IMG/VR virus record: IMGVR_UViG_3300030406_003049
Span: 1 to 64,000 of that record
Length of the DNA stretch: 64,000 bases
From: a virus
Strand: one strand, 5' to 3'
In this document: positions 20,801 to 30,009 of the stretch, one piece after another
Numbering within the stretch: position 1 is the stretch's first letter
Layout of the letters: every line of letters starts with the position of its first letter
Made by a program: the position numbers and the translations under genes
The notes under the pieces: generated by a model
Told to the model about the DNA's origin: nothing
Database searches by the model: none
The model's input: the letters and a program-made list of their open reading frames with translations, nothing else

Positions 20801-21283
20801 ATGCTAGGGATAAATATACCGGAAGGTGAAACAACTAATTGGAAATTAGAAATGGATAATGGAGAACTTTCGCTAATTAAGAAAAGTGTAGGTTCTATTA
20901 TGAAAGATTCAGCAACAGAATATCATACTCATAAATGGCTTTGGGATAACGCTACAGGAGATATACTTGTGGCGGGTTTAGGAATAGGTTTTCTAAATAA
21001 AGAATTAATTGATAATCACACTTTTAATTCTATTACTATTATAGAAAACTCACAAGAAGTAATAGATATGGTTTGGCCTTATTGTGCAAAAGATAGTAGA
21101 TTTACTTTAATTAAAGAAGATATAGAAACTTGGAATATACCTGCTAACTCTCATTGGGATATAGGTTGGTTTGATTCTTGGTTAGTAGATAACCCATTAT
21201 CATACGACGGCTATAAAACGGCTATGAGATATAAATATGAAAGTTATTGCGATAAGATAGGGTTTTGGTTTGATATTGATTGA
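20801..21283 (+). CDS. SAM-dependent methyltransferase-fold protein (spermidine-synthase-like)
   Basis: 'DILVAGLGIG' motif I, 'ITIIENSQEVI', 'WDIGWFDSW'. Confidence 0.7.
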   Translation: MLGINIPEGETTNWKLEMDNGELSLIKKSVGSIMKDSATEYHTHKWLWDNATGDILVAGLGIGFLNKELIDNHTFNSITIIENSQEVIDMVWPYCAKDSRFTLIKEDIETWNIPANSHWDIGWFDSWLVDNPLSYDGYKTAMRYKYESYCDKIGFWFDID

Positions 21284-21459
21284 GTTGCTTTTATATTTAT
21301 TTTTTGGATTTATATTTGGATTTTCAACTATTTGGTTCTTATATGATAAAGATAAACCATTGGGTTTTATTATTTTAAATTCAAAGGAGGAATAACTTTC
21401 GCCTACTTCAGAAATTTCGTAGGTTTTTTAGAAAATTTTTTGCCGTTAAAAAATCGGAA

Positions 21460-21507
21460 AAAAAAATCCAAAAAAAAATAGAAGGAGAGTAGCCTAAACT
21501 ACTCTCC
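21460..21507 (-). terminator. Hairpin plus long T-tract terminator at the convergence of the two modules
   Basis: GGAGAGTAG (21484-21492)/CTACTCTCC (21499-21507) stem followed by poly-T on the minus strand. Confidence 0.65.
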
Positions 21508-21509
21508 CT

Positions 21510-21656
21510 CTAAATTTTAGTGTCTTGCGACCATATACCCTTACAAGACCGACATTCCCAAAGTTTTACTTGCTCGCTAGAGCCAACATAGAATCCTAAG
21601 ATTCTCTTTGCTAATGTCTTATCTCCACAATAAGCACACTTCTGTTTTAAACTCAT
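21510..21656 (-). CDS. 48-aa Zn-ribbon protein (not in ORF track)
   Basis: MSLKQKCAYCGDK...WECRSCKGIW; two CxxC motifs. Confidence 0.65.
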   Translation of the reverse strand: MSLKQKCAYCGDKTLAKRILGFYVGSSEQVKLWECRSCKGIWSQDTKI

Positions 21657-21802
21657 TTCTTTTCTTCCGTTTGACCCATTAATCTTTTGATATAATCATC
21701 AACGCTTTGTTCTGTAATGTTTGTTCCACCAAAGGCGGCAAAAAACAATAGCGTCAAGATAATCATAAAGATGAATAAGCCAATCCATTCTGCCGTAGAC
21801 AT
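21653..21802 (-). CDS. 49-aa membrane protein (not in ORF track)
   Basis: MSTAEWIGLFIFMIILTLLFFAAFGG...; one TM helix; start and stop overlap neighbours. Confidence 0.6.
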   Translation of the reverse strand: MSTAEWIGLFIFMIILTLLFFAAFGGTNITEQSVDDYIKRLMGQTEEKK

Positions 21803-22395
21803 TACCAATCAACCTCCAAATTTACAAATTCCTCTTTCTCTATTGAGAATGCTTTAACAATCCCATGTTCCTGTCCATATTTCCATAAGTCATAAACTAA
21901 TTGTGTGTCTTTCATACAATATTCAACTACCTCATCATATTGGCCCATCTTCCATAACTTAGGTGCATCGGCACTATCCATAAGTTTAGCATCATTCATC
22001 GTGCATTTTACAAGGTTCTTTAGTTGAAACCTCTCTCCATGCTCTTTCAATAATATCTTGCTAGTGTCAATATACTGTTCACCACTTAGGTATTTATGAA
22101 TACAATATATATCCATAGAATCTCTAAGTATCGGTAAATCAAATACTGCAATATTATGTCCTAGAATCTTTCCTCCCTTTGATAAATGTTCATCTAAGTC
22201 GTATTTCAGTTCTCCTAAGTTTTTAACTATGTGGCCGGACTTAGCGAATGATTCTACGGGTTCATCAACATAAACTGTTCCTGTTTCTCCATTCCATGTT
22301 GCTACAGTAGATACTTGAAACATATGGGTATTACCAAAACCGCCTATTTCGTGCGACATATTTTTTGTTTCAATGTCTAATGCTAGAACTGACAT
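21802..22395 (-). CDS. DEDD/RNase H-like 3'-5' exonuclease
   Basis: ExoI 'LDIET', ExoII 'GHNIAVFD', ExoIII 'YCMKD'. Confidence 0.85.
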   Translation of the reverse strand: MSVLALDIETKNMSHEIGGFGNTHMFQVSTVATWNGETGTVYVDEPVESFAKSGHIVKNLGELKYDLDEHLSKGGKILGHNIAVFDLPILRDSMDIYCIHKYLSGEQYIDTSKILLKEHGERFQLKNLVKCTMNDAKLMDSADAPKLWKMGQYDEVVEYCMKDTQLVYDLWKYGQEHGIVKAFSIEKEEFVNLEVDW

Positions 22396-22397
22396 GC

Positions 22398-22619
22398 TTA
22401 ATCACTAGCCCAAAGTTTACTTAACTTCTCGCTTTCTTCATCTACTGTTGGTTCATCTGCGCCAATTCTTCTTTTCAAGAAAGCGACAATGTTAGTTCCT
22501 GCTATACTTAGCATAGAACAACATTCCCAACCTTCATCACCGTAAGTATCTAATGTTTCAATTATTACTTTTGGCCCTTTAGTCACATCAAACACAACAT
22601 ATGTATTTTCGTATTTCAT
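22398..22619 (-). CDS. DUF4177-like small protein
   Basis: 'LDTYGDEGWE...FLKR' pattern. Confidence 0.6.
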   Translation of the reverse strand: MKYENTYVVFDVTKGPKVIIETLDTYGDEGWECCSMLSIAGTNIVAFLKRRIGADEPTVDEESEKLSKLWASD

Positions 22620-24136
22620 CTCTTTTCCTCCTTCAATTTCAAATAATAGGAACGCCCTACTTTATCTATTTCAAACAAACCCTCGTCTTCGTATTTCTTA
22701 AATAACCTTTCCGCAGTTCTTACATTCATTGATTTTGATAATGTTTCCTTCGCTACTGCCTTACTAAAAAATCCATGCTCGTTTACCTTTGCTTGTCTTA
22801 GTGTCTCCAAAAATAGTTGTTCATTTGGTGATTGAGTTCTTCCACCGACCCTGCGTTGAACCTTTAGGCTTCGCTCTAACCATAATACCAATGTGTTATA
22901 ACATTGTCGCACTATGTTTCCTGCTTGCACAACATTTCTACCACTTACATGAAATCGCTTTGATTTGTCTTTAATGTCCTTTGCTTCTGCAATAGAACAA
23001 AGAACTGACATCTTAATTAGAATTTTCAAAAGCCTAGTTGTAAAGTTAGATGCAATTTTTCTAACTACTGGGTCGCTTGAACTGATGAAGTTCTGCATAG
23101 TTTCATATTCTACTAGTAAATTCTCGGTAAAGGTTTCTCCGAATGTCATTGTTCTCAATGGGTCTTTCCCAACTTCCTCAAACCTTTCTCTTACTAATTG
23201 ATAAATTTCAAAGAACTCTTGTGCAAACTCATCAATAGGTTCATTGATTTCTTCTATTTTTCCCGCTTTGCTAATTTGCATTCTTCTCATAGCGTCTAAT
23301 ACTCTTTCGGGAACTTCCCAAATAAAAAGAATCATTCTTTGAAGAACACCTTTGTTAGCAATAACCTTCGCTAATTTCTCCGGTGGGTAAGTCATGGCTA
23401 AAATAGAACGCTCGCAATAACATTCCATCATTTCTCCACGCTTTAGTTTCTTACTAATAATCCAAGATTCACCCGCTAATGTATTCATTAGAGTATTTAG
23501 ATATACAATGGCTTGTTCTTTATTTTGACTTTGTTTGAAGATACCGCTATATTCAAACTCGTCCCAATGGGCTAATCCGCTACCTTCTAATAGTCCTGCT
23601 TCCCTAACCCAATCAAGAACTTTCTTTGTGTTTCCATCTTCATCTTCTTTTTCTACCGTCATTTCTTCATAACCGCCAATTAAAGCGGCATCTGTATATT
23701 CAGTAGTAGACATTAAATCAAATTTCTTTGCGGAACAGAACCCATCTTCATCGGGAACATAACCATTTAACGGGTGCTTGCCTTCTTCATTTATTAGAGA
23801 AAACAGTTTCTTAGAAACTGGCCCAACAAAATTCCATAGGGTAGATTTACCCGAACCGGAAGTCTGTATTTGACAAAAATGCACCCTGCTATCTTCTATA
23901 CTTCTACCATTAGGTATTAGCACAAAGTCTTTACAAATCTGTCCTAGTAATACAAAACAACTTAATGCCGCAGGTATGTCATTCTTGAATGCTACCTTTA
24001 CTGCATCTTGTTGAAATCTTCTAATAAAACTAGGTAGATTAGTGTTGAAAACTTTTGTGTTTTCATCAACTCCATACAAGTATTTTTCTTCTTCTTCGCT
24101 CAATTCAAATTCTTCGTAATTTATATCTTCATTCAT
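22616..24136 (-). CDS. MCM-like AAA+ helicase/ATPase with C-terminal winged helix
   Basis: Walker A 'TSGSGKS', Walker B 'HWDEF', Arg finger 'LQRM', sensor 'TTRLL'. Confidence 0.7.
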   Translation of the reverse strand: MNEDINYEEFELSEEEEKYLYGVDENTKVFNTNLPSFIRRFQQDAVKVAFKNDIPAALSCFVLLGQICKDFVLIPNGRSIEDSRVHFCQIQTSGSGKSTLWNFVGPVSKKLFSLINEEGKHPLNGYVPDEDGFCSAKKFDLMSTTEYTDAALIGGYEEMTVEKEDEDGNTKKVLDWVREAGLLEGSGLAHWDEFEYSGIFKQSQNKEQAIVYLNTLMNTLAGESWIISKKLKRGEMMECYCERSILAMTYPPEKLAKVIANKGVLQRMILFIWEVPERVLDAMRRMQISKAGKIEEINEPIDEFAQEFFEIYQLVRERFEEVGKDPLRTMTFGETFTENLLVEYETMQNFISSSDPVVRKIASNFTTRLLKILIKMSVLCSIAEAKDIKDKSKRFHVSGRNVVQAGNIVRQCYNTLVLWLERSLKVQRRVGGRTQSPNEQLFLETLRQAKVNEHGFFSKAVAKETLSKSMNVRTAERLFKKYEDEGLFEIDKVGRSYYLKLKEEKR

Positions 24137-24843
24137 ATTTTCACCTTTTCTTCTGTGTTTAGGACATTCAAGATTCTTCGGGCTAAGGTTCTACCTATAC
24201 CGTCTATATCTTGAAGTTCTTTTTCTGTTTGTTCGCCTATTTCCATAATTGAACCAAAACGCTTAATCAGCGCATTAGCCTTGTCTAAGGACAAGCCTTT
24301 AATTGTTGTGAGTAAATCTACTCTCAAATCATCTGTTGATATTCTTTTGAATATCTCCGGCCTTATTACCTTCCTTTCTATTGGTTTCATTTTACATATA
24401 GAAGCAATAATCAAGGCCGCTTCTTGTTCATTAGATACCCAAAATGCCTTTGCATCTGTATCTAATGTTATTCTACCAATACCCCCAAGAAACTTATTCT
24501 TAAGTTTGATAGACCAATTGGCGTGTTGTCTATCAGAAATCTTTTGTTTTGTTTTGATGTATTTTTTATATTCAGTTATGCCTTCATCAATACTACCATA
24601 AATAATTACTATGTTAGTTTCGTAATGTCTATCCATGTTATCTAATTGAGTCCACATTCTTTTACTCATTACTGAATTAATGAAATCATGTGCTGACTTA
24701 GCCTCAAAACATACATCATCATAAACATAATCTCCTATCTCTAGCCACTTCTTTTCATAGGGTATCTTCATCTTTAGTGCTTCGCTCTCTACTAGTTCTA
24801 CAAGTTTAGAACCTTTCTTTTCTCTACTATCTATCACTAACAT
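24133..24843 (-). CDS. XPF/ERCC4 (Hef-like) structure-specific nuclease with HhH motifs
   Basis: 'VIDSRE', 'GDY', 'EAKS..DF..S', two HhH ('IKGLS', 'IDGIG'). Confidence 0.9.
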   Translation of the reverse strand: MLVIDSREKKGSKLVELVESEALKMKIPYEKKWLEIGDYVYDDVCFEAKSAHDFINSVMSKRMWTQLDNMDRHYETNIVIIYGSIDEGITEYKKYIKTKQKISDRQHANWSIKLKNKFLGGIGRITLDTDAKAFWVSNEQEAALIIASICKMKPIERKVIRPEIFKRISTDDLRVDLLTTIKGLSLDKANALIKRFGSIMEIGEQTEKELQDIDGIGRTLARRILNVLNTEEKVKI

Positions 24844-25895
24844 TATGCTTCCTCCGCATGTTCGGGGTATCTCCAACATTTACCAACACAATATCCATTA
24901 GGTATCAATACAGTCTTACAATGAGGGCTACTATAATTACCAAAGACAGTAAACTTAGCATGTTTTCTTGTTTCCCTCTCGTCCCAATCTAGCCATATTT
25001 CTTCATTACTTTCTACCAAGTGTCGTATTTCATCTACTATGGTGTCTAGTATTTTGTTCTTATCTTCTGTGCTTTCTACTCTATTACAACCGGATAGTAA
25101 ATCTCTATACCATGATACTAGATATGCTCTAGCCATGTGGGAAGGATTCTCGGTCATAATAGCATTGTATAAACAAGGCAAGATAGGCAAAGACCCTGTT
25201 GTTTTAGGGACTGCTATTTCACCACTTACCTCATCTAAAGGAGGGGCTTCGGGAAATATCGCCTTAACAGAACCACTTATTCTAAACGGTATTTTTCTAG
25301 GCTTCTTTGCTAACTCAAGTATTTCATGAACCTCTTTTTCTAAATCAGTTCTAAGTAATGGTATGCAAAAATAGGGATTACCGTTCTCATCTTTAGAACT
25401 CATGTTTACTGTATTAGGTATTCTTCTAAGTCTAGTTGCTTGGCCAACCCTATCATCAAGGGTATTATTATCACCAACTTTAGATATTAAATATTCTTTA
25501 ATTCCTCTAAAGAAGACTTGTATGTTTCTAATAGTGTCTGCGATTTCACCAAAGATAAACAAGTGAAAACCTCTACCCGAAAAGAAAAGAGTATGTTGAT
25601 AATCATTCTCAATAACATGAGTCATAACAACTTTAACATCTCGCCATGCTTTCTCAATACTTTCACCATGAGCATCAAAATCAAGAAAGATTCTATCAAG
25701 TATAACCGATGAATCTATCTTGGCTTTTTCTGCAAATTCGGCAAAATCATAAACGCTAGTGTAAACATTAGTTCTATTATTTTGAGCCTTTACATAACTC
25801 AAGTATTCTTCTTTACTTCTTACTATTCTTCTTGGTAGTGGAGGAGCGTTCTTCATTTGACTCCCCGACCAAACTTCTCTCGGAAACTTCATCAT
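24843..25895 (-). CDS. priS: Archaeo-eukaryotic primase, PriS-PriL fusion
   Basis: 'FLDFD', 'FSGRGFH', 'RLRRIPNT'; C-terminal Cys set (PCLY, PHC, YCVGKC) like the PriL Fe-S domain. Confidence 0.85.
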   Translation of the reverse strand: MMKFPREVWSGSQMKNAPPLPRRIVRSKEEYLSYVKAQNNRTNVYTSVYDFAEFAEKAKIDSSVILDRIFLDFDAHGESIEKAWRDVKVVMTHVIENDYQHTLFFSGRGFHLFIFGEIADTIRNIQVFFRGIKEYLISKVGDNNTLDDRVGQATRLRRIPNTVNMSSKDENGNPYFCIPLLRTDLEKEVHEILELAKKPRKIPFRISGSVKAIFPEAPPLDEVSGEIAVPKTTGSLPILPCLYNAIMTENPSHMARAYLVSWYRDLLSGCNRVESTEDKNKILDTIVDEIRHLVESNEEIWLDWDERETRKHAKFTVFGNYSSPHCKTVLIPNGYCVGKCWRYPEHAEEA

Positions 25896-26181
25896 TTTTA
25901 TTACCTCCAAAATTAACTGTTGCGTTATTTAACATGTTCCTTATGGTATCTGCTACTTCCGCTTTAAGAGAAAGCATTACTGCTACTCTCATTACATCTT
26001 CAAAACATTCACCAATATATTCTTCCTTGATTCTAATTTCTCTAACTAAATCAAATCTTTCTATTAGTTTCATTTCCCCATATATATCATTAGCAAGACT
26101 TTCTATCGTTTCTTTTAAGTTAGATATTTCAAAGAAAGTCCAACTCTTTGCTAATACTTTTTGTTTTATTATGTCATTCAC
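25813..26181 (-). CDS. Hypothetical protein
   Basis: Coupled ORF in the operon. Confidence 0.6.
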   Translation of the reverse strand: MNDIIKQKVLAKSWTFFEISNLKETIESLANDIYGEMKLIERFDLVREIRIKEEYIGECFEDVMRVAVMLSLKAEVADTIRNMLNNATVNFGGNKNDEVSERSLVGESNEERSSTTKKNSKK

Positions 26182-26450
26182 TTTTTCAACTCCTTTAACT
26201 GTTCATAGGCTTTCAGTCTGCTTCTTTTTAGAGAACTAGCCATTTGCATAACTGATGCTATTATAGAACAAACTCCCTCATGGGCTTCATGGTCTAATCC
26301 TCTAAGTAATATTCTACTTGCACTGACATAATCATTACAGTCTCTACATACTCTATCTTCAAAATTCTCAAGAAGAGGTTGAGGATTATTGCCCTCAAAC
26401 TCTTTCATCTCTACTTCACATAATTTACATTTTATTATTTTATCATTCAT
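26178..26450 (-). CDS. Zn-binding hypothetical protein
   Basis: CKLC...GNNPQP...CRDCN. Confidence 0.7.
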   Translation of the reverse strand: MNDKIIKCKLCEVEMKEFEGNNPQPLLENFEDRVCRDCNDYVSASRILLRGLDHEAHEGVCSIIASVMQMASSLKRSRLKAYEQLKELKK

Positions 26451-26671
26451 TTCGTTTCCTCCATTTTAGGGAATACTACAACATAAGGTGAGTCGCTTGT
26501 TTTTAACAAAATAGTAGTTTCACAATTTATTTCATCAGCCCACTTTCTTACTTCGTCAAATAAAGCCCTAGCGTCATTATATTCTTTAAAATACATTCTT
26601 GCTATCTTAGTTCCATTGGGAGCAGTATCTTTTACTGATTCAACAACACCGTTATTAAATTCATAATACAT
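26447..26671 (-). CDS. Hypothetical protein
   Basis: ATG 26671 after GGGTGTGA RBS (MYYEFNNG...). Confidence 0.6.
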   Translation of the reverse strand: MYYEFNNGVVESVKDTAPNGTKIARMYFKEYNDARALFDEVRKWADEINCETTILLKTSDSPYVVVFPKMEETK

Positions 26672-26675
26672 ATTA

Positions 26676-27596
26676 TCACACCCATGAATCTTCTTCTGCC
26701 GCATCGCACATACTAAAATAACTACAATGAGAACATGTCTTAAGGAAAAACTTTGTAGGGAATACTTCATTTTCATAAGCATGTATCAACTTAGCAATAT
26801 TATTCAATACTGCTTCTCTAGCCCTTAGTTTACCATTCTTGTATCTATTAGATTCAGCGAATACATAATTAGCCGCAGGATAATACCAACCCCAATGAGT
26901 TACAGGAACATTAGGTTCTAATCCATTTTTAATTAGAACTTCCTCCGGTGCATTCTCAATAAGCAATTGATAGAAAGCCATTTCTTTTCTCATTGAAGTT
27001 TTCTTTCCATCATTCCACCCACCAGTCTTATATTCAAATGGGACATAGCCACCATTCTCCATAAAGATTCTATCTATAATACCTTGAATATGTATTTTAT
27101 AATCTCTACGCAAGGGAAACTTAGGGTTTGTATCAGCCGGTATTGTTATTTCAGCATCAAATAATCCTTCATTACATACAGGCAAATACTCATGCACTTT
27201 ATCTTCTGCTTTAGCGTCCATGAATCGTTGAGCCTCAAAAGCGGCAACTGTCATAGATATGTCAAAATACTCATCAATTGGTGTAAGACTAGCGCAATAA
27301 TCATGCAATTCATCAGCAGTCATATTCTCCGCCTTCTTAACATCAAAATCATCAAAAAAGTTTTCTCTATGAAGATGTAATATAGTTCCTTTACGCATGG
27401 CTTCTGTTTGGTCTTGTGGTAATTTTTGAATATAACTAAAGTTATATTTCTTAGCGCACCAATCAAATGCACCTAAAGAAGATTTACTAATCTTCAATAT
27501 AGGTTCTGTTGGGTCGTCATAGTTCTCCGGCTTCCAGTCATAAGTATATTCGCTCATTGAATTAATTATTGTTTCATATTTTTCATCGTTATTCAT
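26676..27596 (-). CDS. Cas4/AddB-like PD-(D/E)XK nuclease with Fe-S cysteines
   Basis: N-terminal Cys (FDWC), 'GIIDRI', 'FEYKTG', C-terminal CxxC-x5-C. Confidence 0.85.
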   Translation of the reverse strand: MNNDEKYETIINSMSEYTYDWKPENYDDPTEPILKISKSSLGAFDWCAKKYNFSYIQKLPQDQTEAMRKGTILHLHRENFFDDFDVKKAENMTADELHDYCASLTPIDEYFDISMTVAAFEAQRFMDAKAEDKVHEYLPVCNEGLFDAEITIPADTNPKFPLRRDYKIHIQGIIDRIFMENGGYVPFEYKTGGWNDGKKTSMRKEMAFYQLLIENAPEEVLIKNGLEPNVPVTHWGWYYPAANYVFAESNRYKNGKLRAREAVLNNIAKLIHAYENEVFPTKFFLKTCSHCSYFSMCDAAEEDSWV

Positions 27597-27790
27597 TGAT
27601 AATGCCCCCTTCTTTTCATTTCATCAACAAATGCCGCATACTCGCCATCTAACATATCTACATACCAAAGAAGAAAATCCTCAAAGGACATATCTTCTTT
27701 AACAGTTAATTGAAACTTACCAAATTCATAAGTCCATTTTTCTCTTATCTTATCTAAATTTTGTTTTCTTTTTCTTTCTTTCAAAACCAT
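27593..27790 (-). CDS. Hypothetical protein
   Basis: Coupled ORF. Confidence 0.55.
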   Translation of the reverse strand: MVLKERKRKQNLDKIREKWTYEFGKFQLTVKEDMSFEDFLLWYVDMLDGEYAAFVDEMKRRGHYQ

Positions 27791-28686
27791 TCCTCCAAAT
27801 TTGTTTGTATTTTACCCGATTTGATATTAGACAAATCCCAATTCATAGCCTTATAAATTGGTTCAGCCTTCTTTATTACTTGCTCGGCATAGTGTTGATA
27901 ATCGGGTTTATACTTATCAAAATCAATATACCGAGAACCTGCTACATATTCAACAGGCTTCACTTCTTTAGTTAATGGGTGTATAAATGCTTCACCGGAC
28001 TTTGATACTTTTAGGTATAAGTAAGAGTCGTCAAAAGTAATGTCGTTTTGTTTAGCATGTAATACACCCGCTATACCCGAACCTATTGTTGGTTTCTTAC
28101 CATCTAAGGTTTTGAAGTTCTTTACATCTTCACCGCACTTTTCACACCATCTTAGAGGTAAACATTCGTGTAATGTATATCTCTTATTACAACCCCACTT
28201 CTGTTCTGTAGCCTTACCGCACTTAACTTTTAACCTATTTTCTTTAAGTCTACTTCTCTTAATAATGTCCTGTAGTTCAACTTCTCCATTTAGAACTGAC
28301 ATGTATTTATTGTGTAAATACTTGTTAATTTCTAACATTGGCTTTTCATTTACCCACATAGTCAATACATCAGTTTGAACTTGTTTAGCAAGTTTAGTTT
28401 CACTAACTCTTTTAGCGGTAAAACCCGTCATAATAAACTCCGGCTCATCTAACCATTCTCCATCTTTCCAAGTTATCATACCTGCATTTCTATTCTTAGT
28501 TGTTCCAACACCTAATGCTGAATAGTATTTCTCAAACTCTAGCACTACGGGGTGTTGTTCTAATCCCATAACATTAGGGAAGTGTTCTCTAACACTAGAC
28601 TCTATTTCTTTAATAGCGTCTTGTGCTTTCTCTACAGAATCAATTTGAACATAAATTGAATCTGTATGCCCGTAAACTACCTTCAT
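27781..28686 (-). CDS. polB: Family B DNA polymerase, C-terminal subunit (split gene)
   Basis: Starts at motif C 'YGHTDSIYV'; 'LEFEK', 'KNRNAG', 'GFTAKR', thumb 'YAEQ'; own RBS and ATG. Confidence 0.9.
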   Translation of the reverse strand: MKVVYGHTDSIYVQIDSVEKAQDAIKEIESSVREHFPNVMGLEQHPVVLEFEKYYSALGVGTTKNRNAGMITWKDGEWLDEPEFIMTGFTAKRVSETKLAKQVQTDVLTMWVNEKPMLEINKYLHNKYMSVLNGEVELQDIIKRSRLKENRLKVKCGKATEQKWGCNKRYTLHECLPLRWCEKCGEDVKNFKTLDGKKPTIGSGIAGVLHAKQNDITFDDSYLYLKVSKSGEAFIHPLTKEVKPVEYVAGSRYIDFDKYKPDYQHYAEQVIKKAEPIYKAMNWDLSNIKSGKIQTNLEEWF

Positions 28687-28690
28687 GTTA

Positions 28691-29002
28691 TCACTTCCTA
28701 GAGTAAGTTAGTGTAGGGAAGTAGTGTGCATCAAAACCATTTTGTTTTCTTTGTAGGTATTCTTCAATTTCTAAGATTGCCTTTCTAAGCGGCATGGTTT
28801 GTTCTACCATCTTACACATTTCATCTAATTCAATCTCCATGCCTTCAATTCTTTGCTCTAAAACTTCTACCTTGTGTTTTAATAGTTTTATTTGCTTTTG
28901 TTTCTTTTCTTCTGATTTCATTACATCGTTCACTATTGTTTCTTCTAATGCAATCATATCATTCACTATTCTTCCTTCTAATTTATCTATTTCATCATTC
29001 AT
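28691..29002 (-). CDS. Coiled-coil hypothetical protein
   Basis: Heptad pattern; lies between the polB halves. Confidence 0.65.
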   Translation of the reverse strand: MNDEIDKLEGRIVNDMIALEETIVNDVMKSEEKKQKQIKLLKHKVEVLEQRIEGMEIELDEMCKMVEQTMPLRKAILEIEEYLQRKQNGFDAHYFPTLTYSRK

Positions 29003-29127
29003 ATTATCACCGTTATTATCGTTATGATGGTCGCTATGTTTACAATATTTACCATCATTAATATTTTATTGCTCTTAGCAATCATAGCGAGTAATTCTTC
29101 AAGGAGTTCATTGGTCTTGTCCATCAT
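28999..29127 (-). CDS. 42-aa membrane microprotein (not in ORF track)
   Basis: MMDKTNELLEELLAMIAKSNKILMMVNIVNIATIITIITVII; stop overlaps the next start. Confidence 0.5.
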   Translation of the reverse strand: MMDKTNELLEELLAMIAKSNKILMMVNIVNIATIITIITVII

Positions 29128-29287
29128 TGACATTGTTATTCGCTCCTTGTTTTATTTCAACAATAGTCGCTCTACGCTTTAAATTCGTTAGCATTTCTAT
29201 TATATCATTAATGTCTTTTTCAGTCTCCTTCCAAGTTTCTTCTGTATCGTATTCTATCTTAGCCACTACAAACTTAACATATTTCAT
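29108..29287 (-). CDS. 59-aa hypothetical protein (not in ORF track)
   Basis: MKYVKFVVAKIEYDTEETW...; ATGA overlap with the upstream gene. Confidence 0.55.
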   Translation of the reverse strand: MKYVKFVVAKIEYDTEETWKETEKDINDIIEMLTNLKRRATIVEIKQGANNNVNDGQDQ

Positions 29288-29490
29288 ACTATCACTTTCC
29301 TATACTTTGCTTCGTCTATCCTTTCTACATTAGGTATTCGGTTTAGTTCATGCGATATTGAATTAACACTACCGATATACATACTAGTTCCCTTCATCTC
29401 AACTACTTTTTCTAGCACTTGATGAACTGTAAAAATACCATCTAATTCATCTACTGCTTGTCTAATCCATCTCTTGAAGTGTGTATTCAT
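29284..29490 (-). CDS. Small winged-helix-like protein
   Basis: 'FTVHQVLEKV...SVNSISHELNR' wHTH pattern. Confidence 0.55.
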   Translation of the reverse strand: MNTHFKRWIRQAVDELDGIFTVHQVLEKVVEMKGTSMYIGSVNSISHELNRIPNVERIDEAKYRKVIV

Positions 29491-29987
29491 CTTTTCAACC
29501 CCTCTTGGGCTATCCGAACAAGGATTGCATCAAACAATTGTTGTTGTTGTTCCCTAAATTCTTTCATATCATTCTTCAATCTTGTGTTTCCAGTTCGCAT
29601 ACCTCTAATTTCCTTTTTTAGTTCGGCAACTTCATCTTTAGTTTTTTGCGCTTTTGTCATTGAAGATATGATAATATCTTTCAAAGAATTAACCTTTTCA
29701 TCAACTATTCTTTCTACGATAGAGTCCATTCCTTTCATAATTTGACTTTCAATCTCAATAACCATAGTATCATGTAATATGCTAATTGAAGTTTTCATAT
29801 CTTCAATTTGCTTTTCCATGTTTTCTACGGTTGCTATTGCATCAACTGTTTTATTAGCCATGACCTTGTATCGGTTTTTTCCTTTATCGCCTCTACAGTC
29901 ATCACATATACTTTCTGTTGATTTCAAAGACCTTTTTCTAAAGACCTCTCCACATGCTCTACAATTTCTTGTTATACTCATTTTCAT
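29487..29987 (-). CDS. Zn-finger plus coiled-coil protein
   Basis: CRAC...CDDC followed by heptads. Confidence 0.7.
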   Translation of the reverse strand: MKMSITRNCRACGEVFRKRSLKSTESICDDCRGDKGKNRYKVMANKTVDAIATVENMEKQIEDMKTSISILHDTMVIEIESQIMKGMDSIVERIVDEKVNSLKDIIISSMTKAQKTKDEVAELKKEIRGMRTGNTRLKNDMKEFREQQQQLFDAILVRIAQEGLKR

Positions 29988-30009
29988 TCCTCATTTTTAT
30001 TTTTTCTAT

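Noticed and set aside
28687-30009. Intron or intein interrupting polB
   Set aside because: The gap is filled with coupled small ORFs; no intein termini or group I/II features; the C-terminal half has its own RBS
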